Of a stretch of DNA of 64,000 bases, positions 12,719 to 25,015 are shown piece after piece. Positions within the stretch are counted from its first letter, which is position 1, and each line of letters begins with the position of its first letter. Source of the stretch: Antedon mediterranea (Eukaryota > Animalia > Echinodermata). The notes under the pieces were generated by a model that was not told the DNA's origin, searched no databases, and saw only the letters and a program-made list of their open reading frames with translations. The stretch spans positions 11,566,948 to 11,630,947 of the forward strand of contig NC_092673.1 in the NCBI RefSeq assembly GCF_964355755.1, written 5' to 3'. The position numbers were made by a program, and so were the translations under genes.

Positions 12719-14939
12719 GTTATATGTCTCCTGTTACAAATGTTGTTCTTTAACAAAATCAAAGGTATAGTATAGCTATATTCAGCCGCAAAACGTAAAA
12801 ATCAACAACAGCAACGCAGTTTGTAAAATATTTCTTAATATTTCAAAGGTGTAGAGCATAACAATGTCTCAAATTGTAAAACCCCTATCTGCTGCAGAAT
12901 GTTACCACCATTGGTTTTAAACCATACGGACCTTTTAGTTTTACCCAATCTAATCAGTCTACTGGTTCTTTCAGACAACTTTTTAAAATGACCGATTTTA
13001 TTCAAATTTTGACAGTAGGTGTAAAGTGTTTACAAGTTTGGTTCAAAATTCTAATTTTTAGATCAAGGTCAGGACAGGAAAAACTACATTAGATTTTTCA
13101 ACAATTTCAAAGAGCATTACTGTATTGCAGATAATTTTATGCAGTTTTTTGTTAATTGACTTTCATTGTAGCATTTTGATTTTATTGTATTATTTTTATG
13201 TTTACATTCATGTTTATACATGTTACCAATTACACCCAAACAAATAACCGCCTCCTTCAAATAACAGTTATATGTTTTCTAATTACCCTTGTAGTACCCA
13301 TCCTATAAATGGGAGGTTACACGTCCAGTCCTGACCAAATGTGCAGAAAATCAGCACAGTTGTATGCCACTAGTGTACTGTACAATTTTAAAATGTTAAT
13401 AGTCCAAATACAGAACCCTGTCTGTTTGCTGATGGGCAATACAATTAACAGCTCCTCCATGATTAAGCAAAACCAAAACGTCAAAAAGGTACAGGTTTTA
13501 TATTGTTCACAATTGTGGACGATCTTATTGGATGCAAAATATACAACCATTTTTAAAGTATTATTACGTATGATGTCATGTTTTGAAGCATATTTCCTTT
13601 AAAAATTTTGTTTTTATGTTTATTTTTTTCGTGGCATTAATTAACAAAATCCGCACAAATGAAATATGCACGTACGTTAAAATATAAGTGCAAAAAGTTT
13701 GATGTATGCCAGCCTATGACCTGATGCATACATTTATATATATAAATCCAAAGGCAAATTACTGAAAAAATTACAATGCTGTGGGTATCAGTGACTGGAT
13801 CTCAATGGAGATACAAAAAAAAGCGTGAAGCTAAAATGGTGGTTTATATAGAAACTCAAATTTTGGTATTCAATGGAATAATTTTACCGATCTGGGAGTA
13901 TATTCCTAATGTTAAGTCCAAAAGGTTTCGTGGTTTTAAGTAGTAATTGCCGGTGGTTTTCTTTGTCTTTGCGAGTTTTGTCGCTCCATTTTGACATCGT
14001 GGTCTATTGCAATAACCACCTGAATTAAAATGTTCGGCTACTAATGATCAAGCTTTAATGTTTTGATAGCTAATATGTGTTGTATCATTCTCATATATCA
14101 CGAAGGTTGGGGAGGTCTACAAAATGCAATAAATGGGAGTTTCCGGAAAAACAGTCGAGTGGGCATATGTTTCTCAATAATAGCCCAGAATAGAGGCAAC
14201 CTAGGGTGATAGGTTGTGACCAATGGCACTCTGGTCGAATTTGGCTGACATGGTTTGTACGTCAGTGTTTGACATCGAGGAATATCTTTTGCTTTCTTTA
14301 TAGCAGTTTCGATGTATTCCTTCTTGTAATTTCTATTCCGGAGATGTCCGGTTAGTTCTTCGGTACGATTCTGAAAATCTAGATCTGAAGAACAGTCGGA
14401 TACGTAATGCTGGACTATACGGTATGTTTTTAGTAAAGTGTCGGGGATGACAACTGCTAGGGAGCAGGCACATATTTTTATCCGTAGGTTTACGGAATAG
14501 GTCAGTTTTGAGTACCATTTTCTATGGTCACTATAGTGGATTTAGTAGCTGTAAATTTGATAGTTAGGTGGGCTGAATTAATATGAAGAAGAAAAGATTC
14601 CAAATTATCTTCACCATGGGTCATGAAGATGTCGTCAATGTATCTAAACCAAACAAGTGGTTTATTAGGTTGGAGGGACAGAAAATTGGCCTCAAATTGT
14701 CCCATAGGCCTAAATGAATTTGCAAAAGATGGCGCCATTTTTGTGCCCATCGCTGTGCCATGAATTTGAAGGTAATGGTCATTTCCAAAAATAAAATTGT
14801 TGTTGTAAAATCAACATGACCAGTTCTCGTAAATGAGCTTTAGTAGGCGTTTTGCTTGGAATTTGTTTGTAATTTAAAATACATGTGTCGGCTCCTTCTT
14901 CGTGGGGGATATTAGTACTGTATACAACAATGAAACATC

Positions 14940-16770
14940 GGATCTAGGACAACTACCACCCGGACAATAACCCCCTGGACATTCACCCTCCTAGGAAAAC
15001 TAGCCCCCGGGCAACTACCCTCTTAGGACAACTAACCTCTTAGGACAACTACCCCCTAGGGCAACTACCCTCTAGGACAATTACCCCTAGGAAAACTACC
15101 CACTAGGATTGGCCCAAATGACAACTACGATTAGTAACCAAATTAACAAGCTGCTTCTTTTGGTGTCAATTGTGTTGCAAAATCAAATTGTGTGTGAAGA
15201 GTGAATTACGAGGGCGTTGTACCACACTATACATTTAACAATATTTGACGTGAAATTATTAAAATATCGACGTATGTAAAATTTGTAGTCTATTTTGTAA
15301 TAAGTGTAGCGATATTTATTTTTGATGAAAAACGATGATGTTTTCATAATAGGAAGACTAAGAAATGTATGAACCTGTCAAACGGGGGAGAGAGAGAGAT
15401 TGATTTTCAAATCGTCTTATGTAATCAATTGATTAATAGTGTTTTTAATCTAAAGTAAAATTAGGAGGTTCTTTGCTGTAGAATACGAATTGGAATAAAA
15501 TGAAATAAGTAGAAATGTTTAAGTCATAAAAACATCATGGAAATAATTATTCTTTAGGTTCTAAAAACGGTTATTGTCCTATTTTCTCAGGAGTGGGGAG
15601 AAAATGTAAAAAACAAATCAATTAAAGTTTTTCTATGAAGTAGTAACAGCCAAACCAATATTCCATTATTACTGGACTTGTAGTAGGTGTGTGTCATTAA
15701 ACAGCATGACATGCTCTTACGGTAAAACATTTGTTTTGAAAAAAAGAAAAGAGAGAACAAAATCGGGCGAATTTAATCGATATTAAGGGGCTGCTCCAGT
15801 CCCACTATCTTACAACTACCCTCTAGTACAAATACACTCTCTAACAACCACACCTACACCTTAGGTTATAATTACGATCTTGTAAAACTTACTGAACTTC
15901 AAAACATGGAGAGAGATTGATCTTAAATGAAAGACTGTTTATAATAATAATAATAACTTTATTGAACAGACGCTTTTAGAACAGCGGCACACGTTTTATG
16001 ACGGTGCTTTCATAAGTTTAAAGAAAAGGAAATGAATTATACAATAGTGAAAAAAAAAAAAGTTTGATTGACTGGTGCAGCTAGGTAAACTGTATGTTTC
16101 TAGATTTATATACGGCATCTTCATGTCACACAAGAATAAAATAAGCCCACCCCTTTACTTTTCAAGATTGGAATACGTTTTAATAATTTGATCGATTCTC
16201 ATTTAATGTAAAATAACTGCTGACGATACGCATATTAAAAAATTCAAAAGCTTTCATTTAAGATCAATCTCTCTCCCTATGTTTTGAAGTTTTACAAGAT
16301 TGTAATTATAACATAAGGTGTAGGTGTCATGATATAGGCGTGGTTCTTCAGAGGGTGTTGTTTTCCTAGAGGGTAGTTGTCCGGGTGGGAGTTGTCCTAA
16401 GGGGGTAGTTGTCCTAGTGGGGTCTTTGTCCGGGTGGTAGTTGTCCTAGTGGGGTCTTTGTCCGGGTGGTAGTTGTCCTAGTGGGTCTTTGTCCGGGTGG
16501 TAGTTGTCCTAGTGGGTCTTTGTCCGGGTGGTAGTTGTCCTAGTGGGGTCTTTGTCCGGGTGGTAGTTGTCCTAGTGGGGTCTTTGTCCGGGTGGTAGTT
16601 GTCCTAGTGGGGTCTTTGTCCGGGTGGTAGTTGTCCTAGTGGGGTCTTTGTCCGGGTGGTAGTTGTCCTAGTGGGGTCTTTGTCCGGGTGGTAGTTGTCC
16701 TAGTGGGTCTTTGTCCGGGTGGTAGTTGTCCTAGTGGGGTCTTTGTCCGGGTGGTAGTTGTCCGGATACG
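14940..16770. mobile_element. Mutator/foldback-type MITE inserted in the PLE RT region
   Basis: TIR ggacaactaccacccggacaa; ~8-bp TSD gaaacatc/gaaacacc; PLE sequence is contiguous once it is removed; internal inverted repeat 15850-15933 / 16251-16327. Confidence 0.88.
16409..16762. repeat. 31-32 bp minisatellite, ~11 copies, in MITE right arm
   Basis: Unit ttgtcctagtgg(g)gtctttgtccgggtggtag. Confidence 0.95.
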
Positions 16771-17097
16771 GAAACACCTAATGTAGCTAGAACAGAATTA
16801 TTAGTTAAATTTTGAATTTGGTTAATTTTGCGTCCGTGGAGTCCTGAATGAAGGGAGAGATCAGTCACATATGGTCTAAGTAAATCATCAACATATTCAG
16901 AAATGTTCTCTGTAGCAATGCCATTGCCCGGTCTACCAGGGTCTACCAGGATTGCCTACTTTGTGGATTTTAGGTAGGAAATAAAATCTGCCTGGAACTG
17001 GATTAACATTTGCCAAATGAGATGCAATCTTAGGATCGATGGAGAGTTTTTACCATCACAGAAACAGATTTGGCCACCTTATCCGCAATTATATATG

Positions 17098-17098
17098 A

Positions 17099-17129
<31 letters not shown>

Positions 17130-17193
17130 AATAATAATAATAATAATAACACTAATAATAATAATAATAACAATAATAATAATAATAATAATA
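17098..17193. repeat. (AAT)n microsatellite, the LINE 3' tail
   Basis: Direct reading; follows AATAAA on the minus strand. Confidence 0.9.
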
Positions 17194-20085
17194 TTTATTT
17201 GGAACAACACTTTTTTAACAGTGGCACACATGCGTAGATGGTGCGTCCATACCAATTACAAAATTCAATACAAAAACAATGAAAAATAAAAACTGAAACG
17301 AAAATAAAACATATTTGAGATAATGACATAAAATCTGACTCGACGCTATTACAAAACTTATTTACAAACTAAAACTACACTAATACAACTACTAATTTTG
17401 CAACAGCAATGGAAAAGAAAAACACTTTTTTTTTTAATAAAACAGTTCAAAGTTGTAATACAATTGCATTTCTTAATTTCCAAGCACGGCTTGTGTACAT
17501 TTTACAATAACTGTCAAATACAGCATAAATGTCGTGAGAGTTATTTTTATGGAATAACGTGCTTCCTAGGACATATTGAACCTTAATAGATAGGTCACCA
17601 GAAATAAAATTTACCCAAGTATCTACACAATTTATTGCAATAAGTTTACGTTGAAGTGTTTGTAATTCTTCCATTCTAATACAATGTAACTTATTACAAA
17701 TAAACAGGAAATGTTTAACATCTTCTTCACCTGACCCACAAACCTTACACTTGTCATTTAGATTATCAATGTGTAATTTTTCCAAGTGGTAAAGTGTTTG
17801 AACGAAGTTTAAATTTTAAGCTTGAGCCATAAAAATCTGTTTTATCCAGTAGGTAAGGTTCTAGGCCAGGTGACTCTTTTATCAAAGAGTAATCAAGCAA
17901 AGATGATTTTCTTAATACTTCTTGTTTCCAAAAAGTAGAATACGATTGTTTAATTGTATTTTCTAATGGCTTGACCCAGTTTATATCAATATCAGTACCT
18001 GTACATATATCATTAAGAATGGCATTGAAATCGAACTTAATATAATCACAATTGTTTTCAAATTCATTAATAAATTGGTACCTTGAATTAAAATTCTTAT
18101 GTCTAATAATTGTATTTAATATAAGTTTTGGCCAACGATACATGTCCATACACATAACATTTCTTATATATTTTGCTTTAAAAATATCCTTAGTTACTTT
18201 AATTGGTTGCCAACCTAGATCGCCATAAATTGCCTCTTTTGCAGTGCTTCTATCGCTTTAAGAATTGTTCGCGCCATTTGACGTAATTGAAGAGACTCAA
18301 TCCTTTGTATGTTTTTAATATTTGTATTAACACATACAGCACAAGCATAGTTAATAGTCGGAAGGTCGATACTTCTCCAAAGGATATCTCCATATACAAC
18401 ACGATCAAAATTGTTGAGTCTATCTATAATAGATTTAATGTACGCAATGATCCTATTGCCCTTTTTAATAACTTGATTGATGTGGAAATTGTCTTTTAGA
18501 TTAGATGTTTCAACTTCAGATATAAAAGTATCCCCCAATTTCCAAAGTTTTTCGCTATTCAAATTCTGGCCTATTATCAAAACATTTGACTTTTCACTAT
18601 TAAAATTAAATTTCCATTTTTTAGCAAATAAGGATACTAAATCTAACATTTTATTGAGTTCTTTTTCGCTATCTGCTAAAAGTACGATATCGTCGGCCCA
18701 AAAAAGGCTACCAAGGCAGATATCGTGTATGCGCACACCTAATTATAACACGTGTTCTCGTAATAATTTAGTGAGTTCGTTCATTATTATGCAAAACAGG
18801 GTTGGGGAAAGGACACACTCTTGCTTAACACCTTCTTCTATATCAAAAGACTGTGTTTCAATGTCACCAAATCTTACTTGCCCCTTAACATTGTCGTACA
18901 AGCTACTTATAATATTCCATAATCTACCACGAACTCCAATATTCCATATTGCCATTAGCAATCCATCTCTCCATACGCTATCAAATACTTTTTTTATGTC
19001 AAGGAATGCTAAGTAAGTCTTCTTGCCTTCAGCAAGTCGGCAACTAGCAATGTTTTTAAGAGTGAAAATGTGGTCTTCACATCTTCGGTGGGGTCTAAAC
19101 CCTCCCTGAACTTCTGAAAGGGTATTGTTTTCTTCTAAGAAGTCGGAAACTGTGTAATGTACAACTCTATTGAATATTTTAGAAACGCAAGATGTTAAAG
19201 ATATTCCTCTAAAGTTATTTAGGTCCCTTCTATCACCCTTTTTATATATTGGTACAAATGCTACTATTCCATTCCGACGGTACTTTTTCAAGACTCACCA
19301 TTTTTTTGAATAGTGATAAAATTAATCTATTTAAAATCGTCCCACCGTTTTTAAGTAATTCATTAGATATATTGTCAGAACTAGCAGATTTGTTGTTTTT
19401 TGATTGGTAGATAGCAGATTTCACTATATCTAATGTGAGTTTAATGTCAACGATTGATTTAGTGCTATCCTCAACATTTTGCCTAGGAAATCGGAAAAAA
19501 GCCACCTCTGTAAAAAGCCACCACTGTAAAAAGCCACCCAACAATGGACTTTACCATTGTAAAGTGGGAGTGCTGGACAATCAATTTTAATTCAATTGTG
19601 TTATTATGAATAGCAATTTGGGTGTAGGTGTTATTTAGAAACAATATCAAAGCTAATCAAAGGGATGCCTACACTTTTCATGTTACCTCTTCCAAATTCC
19701 ACTGCCAAAACATCAAACACTTCCTACTTAGTTAAGATTCATAATACATTTTATGCCATTGTAATGTTATGTTTAAATAAGGCACGTTGTCAAAATACCA
19801 ATCATTTCAAAATGGAGTTCATTACAAATAATAAGGGAGGTCGCAAATTATGCCTACAGTCATTATTTATTTTAAGGTTATTAACGAAATTGACTGTCTC
19901 TATATAATCTTTATCATACTCGGAATTTAAATTTCTATTCATCTTTCCTAGTGTTCTCCAATACTCTAAGACGGTATAGTTCATTTTATTTCGGTCACAA
20001 GTTATTTCATTAGTGCCCGGTATTTTTAGGCATTGTACAGTGTCATTTTTGCGCGTATTTCCTTTAAGCACTTTCCAAAAGTCAC
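17194..20085 (-). mobile_element. 5'-truncated, frameshifted LINE ORF2 (RT + C-terminal CCHC), RTEX-like
   Basis: NNFRGISLTSCVSKIF, QGGFRPHRRCEDHIF, FLDIKKVFDSV, GVKQECVLSPTLF, FWADDIVLL, CKVCGSGEEDVKHFLFIC; clade call is inference. Confidence 0.85.
19486..19856 (+). mobile_element. Left end of a Mutator (MULE) transposon inserted in the LINE
   Basis: GGAAATCGG terminus with aaaaagccacc repeats; ATG at 19812 gives MEFITNNKGGRKLCL, a FLYWCH-like transposase start; the LINE frame DCR/QNVE rejoins across it. Confidence 0.65.
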
Positions 20086-20538
20086 GGCAATGAACATTCT
20101 AAACCGCCCGGTGATATACTGAAATATAATTAATTAATGTGAAACGATAAAGATGAGGAAATCTGTGAGAATGAGAAAAAGTCGCCCCAACCGATACTCG
20201 AACCGCCTGCTTGATATGCAGATGTCCTAACCATTAGACCACTGGGGCTTTCATGGTATTGTTCAAACTCGATTGGATAGCGACTCTTTAACGTTCGGCG
20301 TGGTACGGCGGAACAGCACTAGTCCTCAGTTGTACGCACGCGCACCAGAGATCAAATTGATACGCCCTCATATTTCAGTATTTTTATTCACGAGACGGGA
20401 TCTCCGAAGAGATACTTTTATATATATAAACACATCAGGCAATGAACATTAATTTTAAACCGCCCGGTGATATACTGAAATTTAATTAATTAATTTGAAA
20501 CGATAAAGATGAGGAAATCTGTGAGAATAAGAAAAAGT
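20086..20538 (-). mobile_element. 364-bp tRNA-module repeat, ~1.25 units
   Basis: Reverse complement of the unit at 26901-27345; its tRNA module (20183-20248) has a 6-nt deletion in the variable loop/T arm. Confidence 0.9.
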
Positions 20539-20565
20539 ATATATCTAGGCTATATAAAGTCTATA

Positions 20566-20957
20566 TTTAGGAACATACTCCCAGATCGGTAAAATTATTC
20601 CATTGACTACCAAAATTTAAGTTTCAATATTAACCACCATTTTAGCTTTTTTTAGTTCCATTCCAAAATTGTTTATATCTCTACCAAGCTACCTTCTTTT
20701 TTTTCTATTCTTATTCAGTCTCCACCCACCATTCAACACGCTGTTTCTATTGTTATATTTCTTTTATTCCTGTCCACCCAGGCAGCACTTGCCAACTCTT
20801 ATGCTATGACTTTATCCAAATTTCCTCACTTGTACTGATGAAGGGCTAGTGTTGCCCGCAAGCTCTGCTAACTTTTCTGGCTGTTTACTTTATCGTTTTG
20901 ATTTAGCTTTTCGCTTTTTTTTATATCTCCATTGAGATCCAGCCACTGATACCCACA
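20566..20957 (+). mobile_element. PLE pseudo-LTR fragment
   Basis: Near-identical to 24998-25420; its hammerhead has GAAA mutated to GCAA (20858-61). Confidence 0.9.
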
Positions 20958-20990
20958 ATGCTGTGGGTATCAGTGGCTGGATCTCGATCT

Positions 20991-21597
20991 CACACTAGCC
21001 CTCCATCAGTGCAAGTGAAGGAATTTGGATAACGTCATAGTATAAAGCTGTCAAGTGCTGCCTGGGCGGACAGGAATAAAAGAAATATAACAAAGGGAGC
21101 CAGGGTGGAGTCTGAAAAAGAGTAAAAAACAAAGAAGGTAGCTTGGTAGAGATATAAACAATTTTGGAATGAGACTAAAAAACATCTTAAATGGTGGTTA
21201 ATATTGAAACTTAAATTTTGGTAGTCAATGGAATAATTTTACCGATCTGGGAGTATGTTCCTAATGTTAAGTCCAAAAGTTTTTGTGGTTTTAAGTTGTA
21301 ATTCCCAGTGGTTTTCCTTGTCTTTGCGAGTTTTGTCGCTCCATTTGACATCGTGGTCTATTGCAATAACTCTGAAATTTGCAATCGAGTGACCAGCAGC
21401 TGAATTAAAATGTTCGGCTACAGGTTGATCAAGCTTTAATGTTTTGATAGCTGATCTGTGTTGTGTCATTCTCATACGGAGAGTGTTTTTTGTTTCTCCG
21501 ACGTACTGTTTGCCACAAATATTACAGTATATGAGATAAATGACGTGTTTGGTTGTCTTATCCGAAAAATGCGGCCAGTTTGGTTACTCTTAAATTT
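20991..21597 (-). mobile_element. Inverted PLE fragment (GIY-YIG C-terminus + 5' half of pseudo-LTR)
   Basis: ORF MRMTQHRSAIKTLKLDQPVAEHFN...FGLN; reverse complement of ~24655-25313. Confidence 0.9.
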
Positions 21598-21640
21598 AAT
21601 AGTCTGTTTCGATCTTATTAGATCTCGTCAGTGCAGCTCA
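21598..21640 (-). ncRNA. Type I hammerhead ribozyme fragment, not of the PLE pseudo-LTR type (retrozyme-like)
   Basis: Minus strand reads GAGCUGCA-CUGACGA-GAUCU-AAUA-AGAUC-GAAA-CA-GAC-UAUU: full core and perfect 5-bp stem II; the 3' arm of stem I is absent. Confidence 0.8.
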
Positions 21641-21691
21641 GGTTTCGAAATGAAATTTACCGCAGAACTGACACAATATATAGGCTGAGCC

Positions 21692-21694
<3 letters not shown>

Positions 21695-21741
<47 letters not shown>
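21695..21741. repeat. (TA)n microsatellite
   Basis: Direct reading. Confidence 0.98.
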
Positions 21742-21745
<4 letters not shown>

Positions 21746-22871
21746 CCCGAAAGCTCTGCCTACTTTTATGGCTGTTTTACTTCTTGTTTTGATTTAGCTT
21801 TTCGCTTTTATTTTGTATCTCCATTGAGATCCAGCCACTGATACCCACAGCATTGTCATTTTTTAGTAATTTGCCATTGGATTTATATATCTAGCCCTAT
21901 ATATATATTATCTAGCCCTAGATAACTTTACCAAATTACGTCGCCTGTCCGAGAAACGTGTCAGGTATCGTCACCATTTACATACTTTTCTTTTACATCG
22001 TTCTAAACATTCGGCCCCTAAAGGACTTCAATTTTATGTCGCATCTGGTATTCGATTTGCAGATGATGGCATGCGTTCTCGTTGGAACGCTGTCCTTTAC
22101 AAAAATGCTTGTGAACTCAAATTGGCAATTGCCGCAAAATCCTCACCGAGTTCGACGTTGAATTTCACTCTAGAACTAAGAAGTTAAAAAGAGAACTTCC
22201 TGCATCCGAGTTTCAAAACAAACTCAGGATTATCGCCAATGATTGCCATAAGCAATAAATGGTAATGGCCCGAAGGGGACATCACAAATTTGGTCTACCT
22301 GCAGACTTGGTCATTTCAACACAAGTGACTCTACCTTCGGATGATTTCAGGGCTTTTAGGAAACCCTGCAGAATGTTCGTTCGGACTTATAACAAGAATC
22401 GGAGCAACACCTCTGATTCAGTTGTTGAAATTAATTGTCGACTTTCCGAAGGAGAGAAAAAACTTCTTTCCCGAGGACTTAAATTCTGCCCAAAACCAAG
22501 GCAGGTCGACGCACAACAACTATCTTTGGATATGGAGTCTTTCTCCAGAAGATTACGATTATTACGTGAACATTTTGCTGATTCAGACAGCAGCACCACG
22601 CAAAACGAAGGCAACGCTAACAAATTTAAACCTAATAGTTCCTGGAATCCACCTAAAAATCGTTGTCCAACTATAGAAACATTTATTCAGGCTATTGAGG
22701 AGGATGTACAAAAGTACGTCCCGAGTCCAGATAAACGTGACAATCTCTCAAAACAAGAGAGGCAGGCCATTGCCAAATTGCGTCAGCGTAATGATATCAT
22801 CATTAAACCCGCTGATAAAGGTTCTGCCACTGTTGCTATGGACATCAAATTTTATGAAGAGGAGTCCTTAA

Positions 22872-23279
22872 AGCCCGGCGCACACTAGAGCTTTCGGCTG
22901 AGCCAACTGGCACGAGTAACACTTGGCTCACTAAAAAAATTGCCGCAAACTGTGATCGCGTTCTATTGGACGCACACTAAACGCCTCCAGTACGCGATTT
23001 TCAGATTGGATAATTACTTACTACGCTATACGGCACGCACTGAAATATCATAATAAATCAGAAAATGTCATGCGCAGTGGCATTTTTTAGTGAGCAGGAA
23101 GCTCACGTTCGGCGCACACTTGAGGAAAATGGCACGCGTGCCAAAAAATATTAAACACGATAGATATTTTCCTCAGCGGCACGCGTGGCCAATTCCTCAC
23201 GAAATCACCGGCGCACACAGTGAGCCAAGTGTTACTCGTGGCAGTTGGCTCAGCCGAAAGCTCTAGTGTGCGCCGGGCT
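22872..23279. mobile_element. PIF/Harbinger-type MITE in the PLE ORF
   Basis: ~60-bp TIR AGCCCGGCGCACACTAGAGCTTTCGGCTGAGCC; TAA TSD; removing it restores EEESLRQLN. Confidence 0.92.
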
Positions 23280-25015
23280 TAAGACAGCTAAACAATCCTC
23301 TTCATTATCGTAAACTTACAACGGATCCCACCCCGGAAATTGCGGATAAGGTGGCCAAATCTGTTTTTGTGATGGTAAAAAAAACACTCCATCGATCCTA
23401 AGATTAGACCTCATTTGGCACAGGTCAATCCAGTCCCAGGCAGATTTTATTTCCTACCTAAAATCCACAAAGCAGGCAATCCTGGTAGACCCATTATTTC
23501 GGGCAATGGCACTGCTACAGAGAAAATTTCTGAATATGTGGATGATTTACTTAGACTATATGTGATTGAGCTCCCTTCATACATTCAGGACTCCACGGAC
23601 TTTATCCGCAAAATTAACCAAATTCAAAATTTACCTAACAATTCTGTTCTGGCTACATTAGATGTTTCATCATTGTATAATATCCCTCACGAAGAAGGAG
23701 CCGACGCATGTATTTTAAATTACAAACAAATTCCAGGCAAAACGCCTACTAAAGCTCATTTACGAGAGAACTGGTCATGTTGATTTTAACCAACAACAAT
23801 TTTATTTTTGGAAATGATCATTACCTTCAAATTCATGGCACAGCGATGGGCACAAAAATGGCGCCATCTTTTGCAAATTTATTTATGGGACAATTTGAGG
23901 CCAATTTTCTGTCCCTCCAACCTAATAAACCACTTGTTTGGTTTAGATACATTGACGACATCTTCATGATCTGGACCTATGGTGAAAATAATTTGGAATC
24001 TTTGCTTCTCAATATTAATTCAGCCCACCCAACTATCAAATTTACAGCTACCAAATCCACTAGTTTTTTGGACACTATAGTGACCATAGAAACACTCAAA
24101 ACTGACCTATTCCGTAAACCCACGGATAAAAATATGTACGGTACCTGCTCCCTAGCAGTTGTCATCCCCGACACTGTACTAAAAACATACCGTACAGTCA
24201 AGCATCACGTATCAGACGCATCTGGTCTTCAGATTTAGATTTCAGAATCGTACCGAAGAACTAACCGAACATCTCTGGAATAGAAATTAAAAGAAGGAAT
24301 ACATCGAAACTGCTATAAAAGCAAAAGATATTCCTCGATGTCAAACACTGACGTACAAACCACTTCAGCCAAAAAAAATCGACCACAGTGCCATTGTCAC
24401 AACCTATCACCATGGTTGCCTCCATTACGGGCTATTATTGAGAAACATATGCCCATTCTACAGTCCACAGAACGTCTCAGGACTGTTTTTCCGGAACCAC
24501 CCATTATTGCATTTCGTAGACCTCCCAACCTTCGTGATATATTAGTCAGATCCAAATTTAAGAGTGAAATTAACTCTCATGACAGCCAAAATTTGGGCAG
24601 TCACCTTTGCGGCAAATCTTGCAAAACTTGTTCATTGGTTGATTCTACTGAAAAATTTAAGAGTAACCAAACTGGCCGCATTTTTCGGATAAGACAATCA
24701 ATTAATTGTCTAACCAAAAACGTCATTTATCTCATATACTGTAATATTTGTGGCAAACAGTACGTCGGAGAAACAAAAAACACTCTCCGTATGAGAATGA
24801 CACAACACAGATCAGCTATCAAAACATTAAAGCTTGATCAGCTGTAGCCGAACATTTTAATTCAGCTGGTCACTCGATTGCAAATTTCAGAGTTATTGCA
24901 ATAGACCACGATGTCAAACGGAGTGACAAAACTCGCAAAGACAAGGAAAACCACTGGGAATTACAACTTAAAATCACAAAACCTTTTGGACTTAACATTA
25001 GGAACATACTCCCAG

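Larger units (their letters stand above)
13745..17090 (-). mobile_element. Penelope-like element (Neptune-type), 5'-truncated, internally deleted, interrupted by a MITE
   Basis: Reverse-complement paralogue of 23340-25455; RT motifs [26 protein letters not shown]; both ends abut TA tracts. Confidence 0.92.

Noticed and set aside
17017-17289. Poly-Ile ORF (also the poly-IY ORF at 25455-25742)
   Set aside because: Translations of (AAT)n and (TA)n microsatellites.
18477-19016. 179-aa plus-strand ORF
   Set aside because: Antisense shadow of the LINE RT frame.
23254-23264. ccgaaagctct in the Harbinger TIR matching the PLE hammerhead 3' half
   Set aside because: No CTGANGA core upstream; treated as coincidence.
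22259-24847. Active autonomous PLE
   Set aside because: ORF broken by a MITE, a 5-bp footprint, frameshifts and a premature stop.
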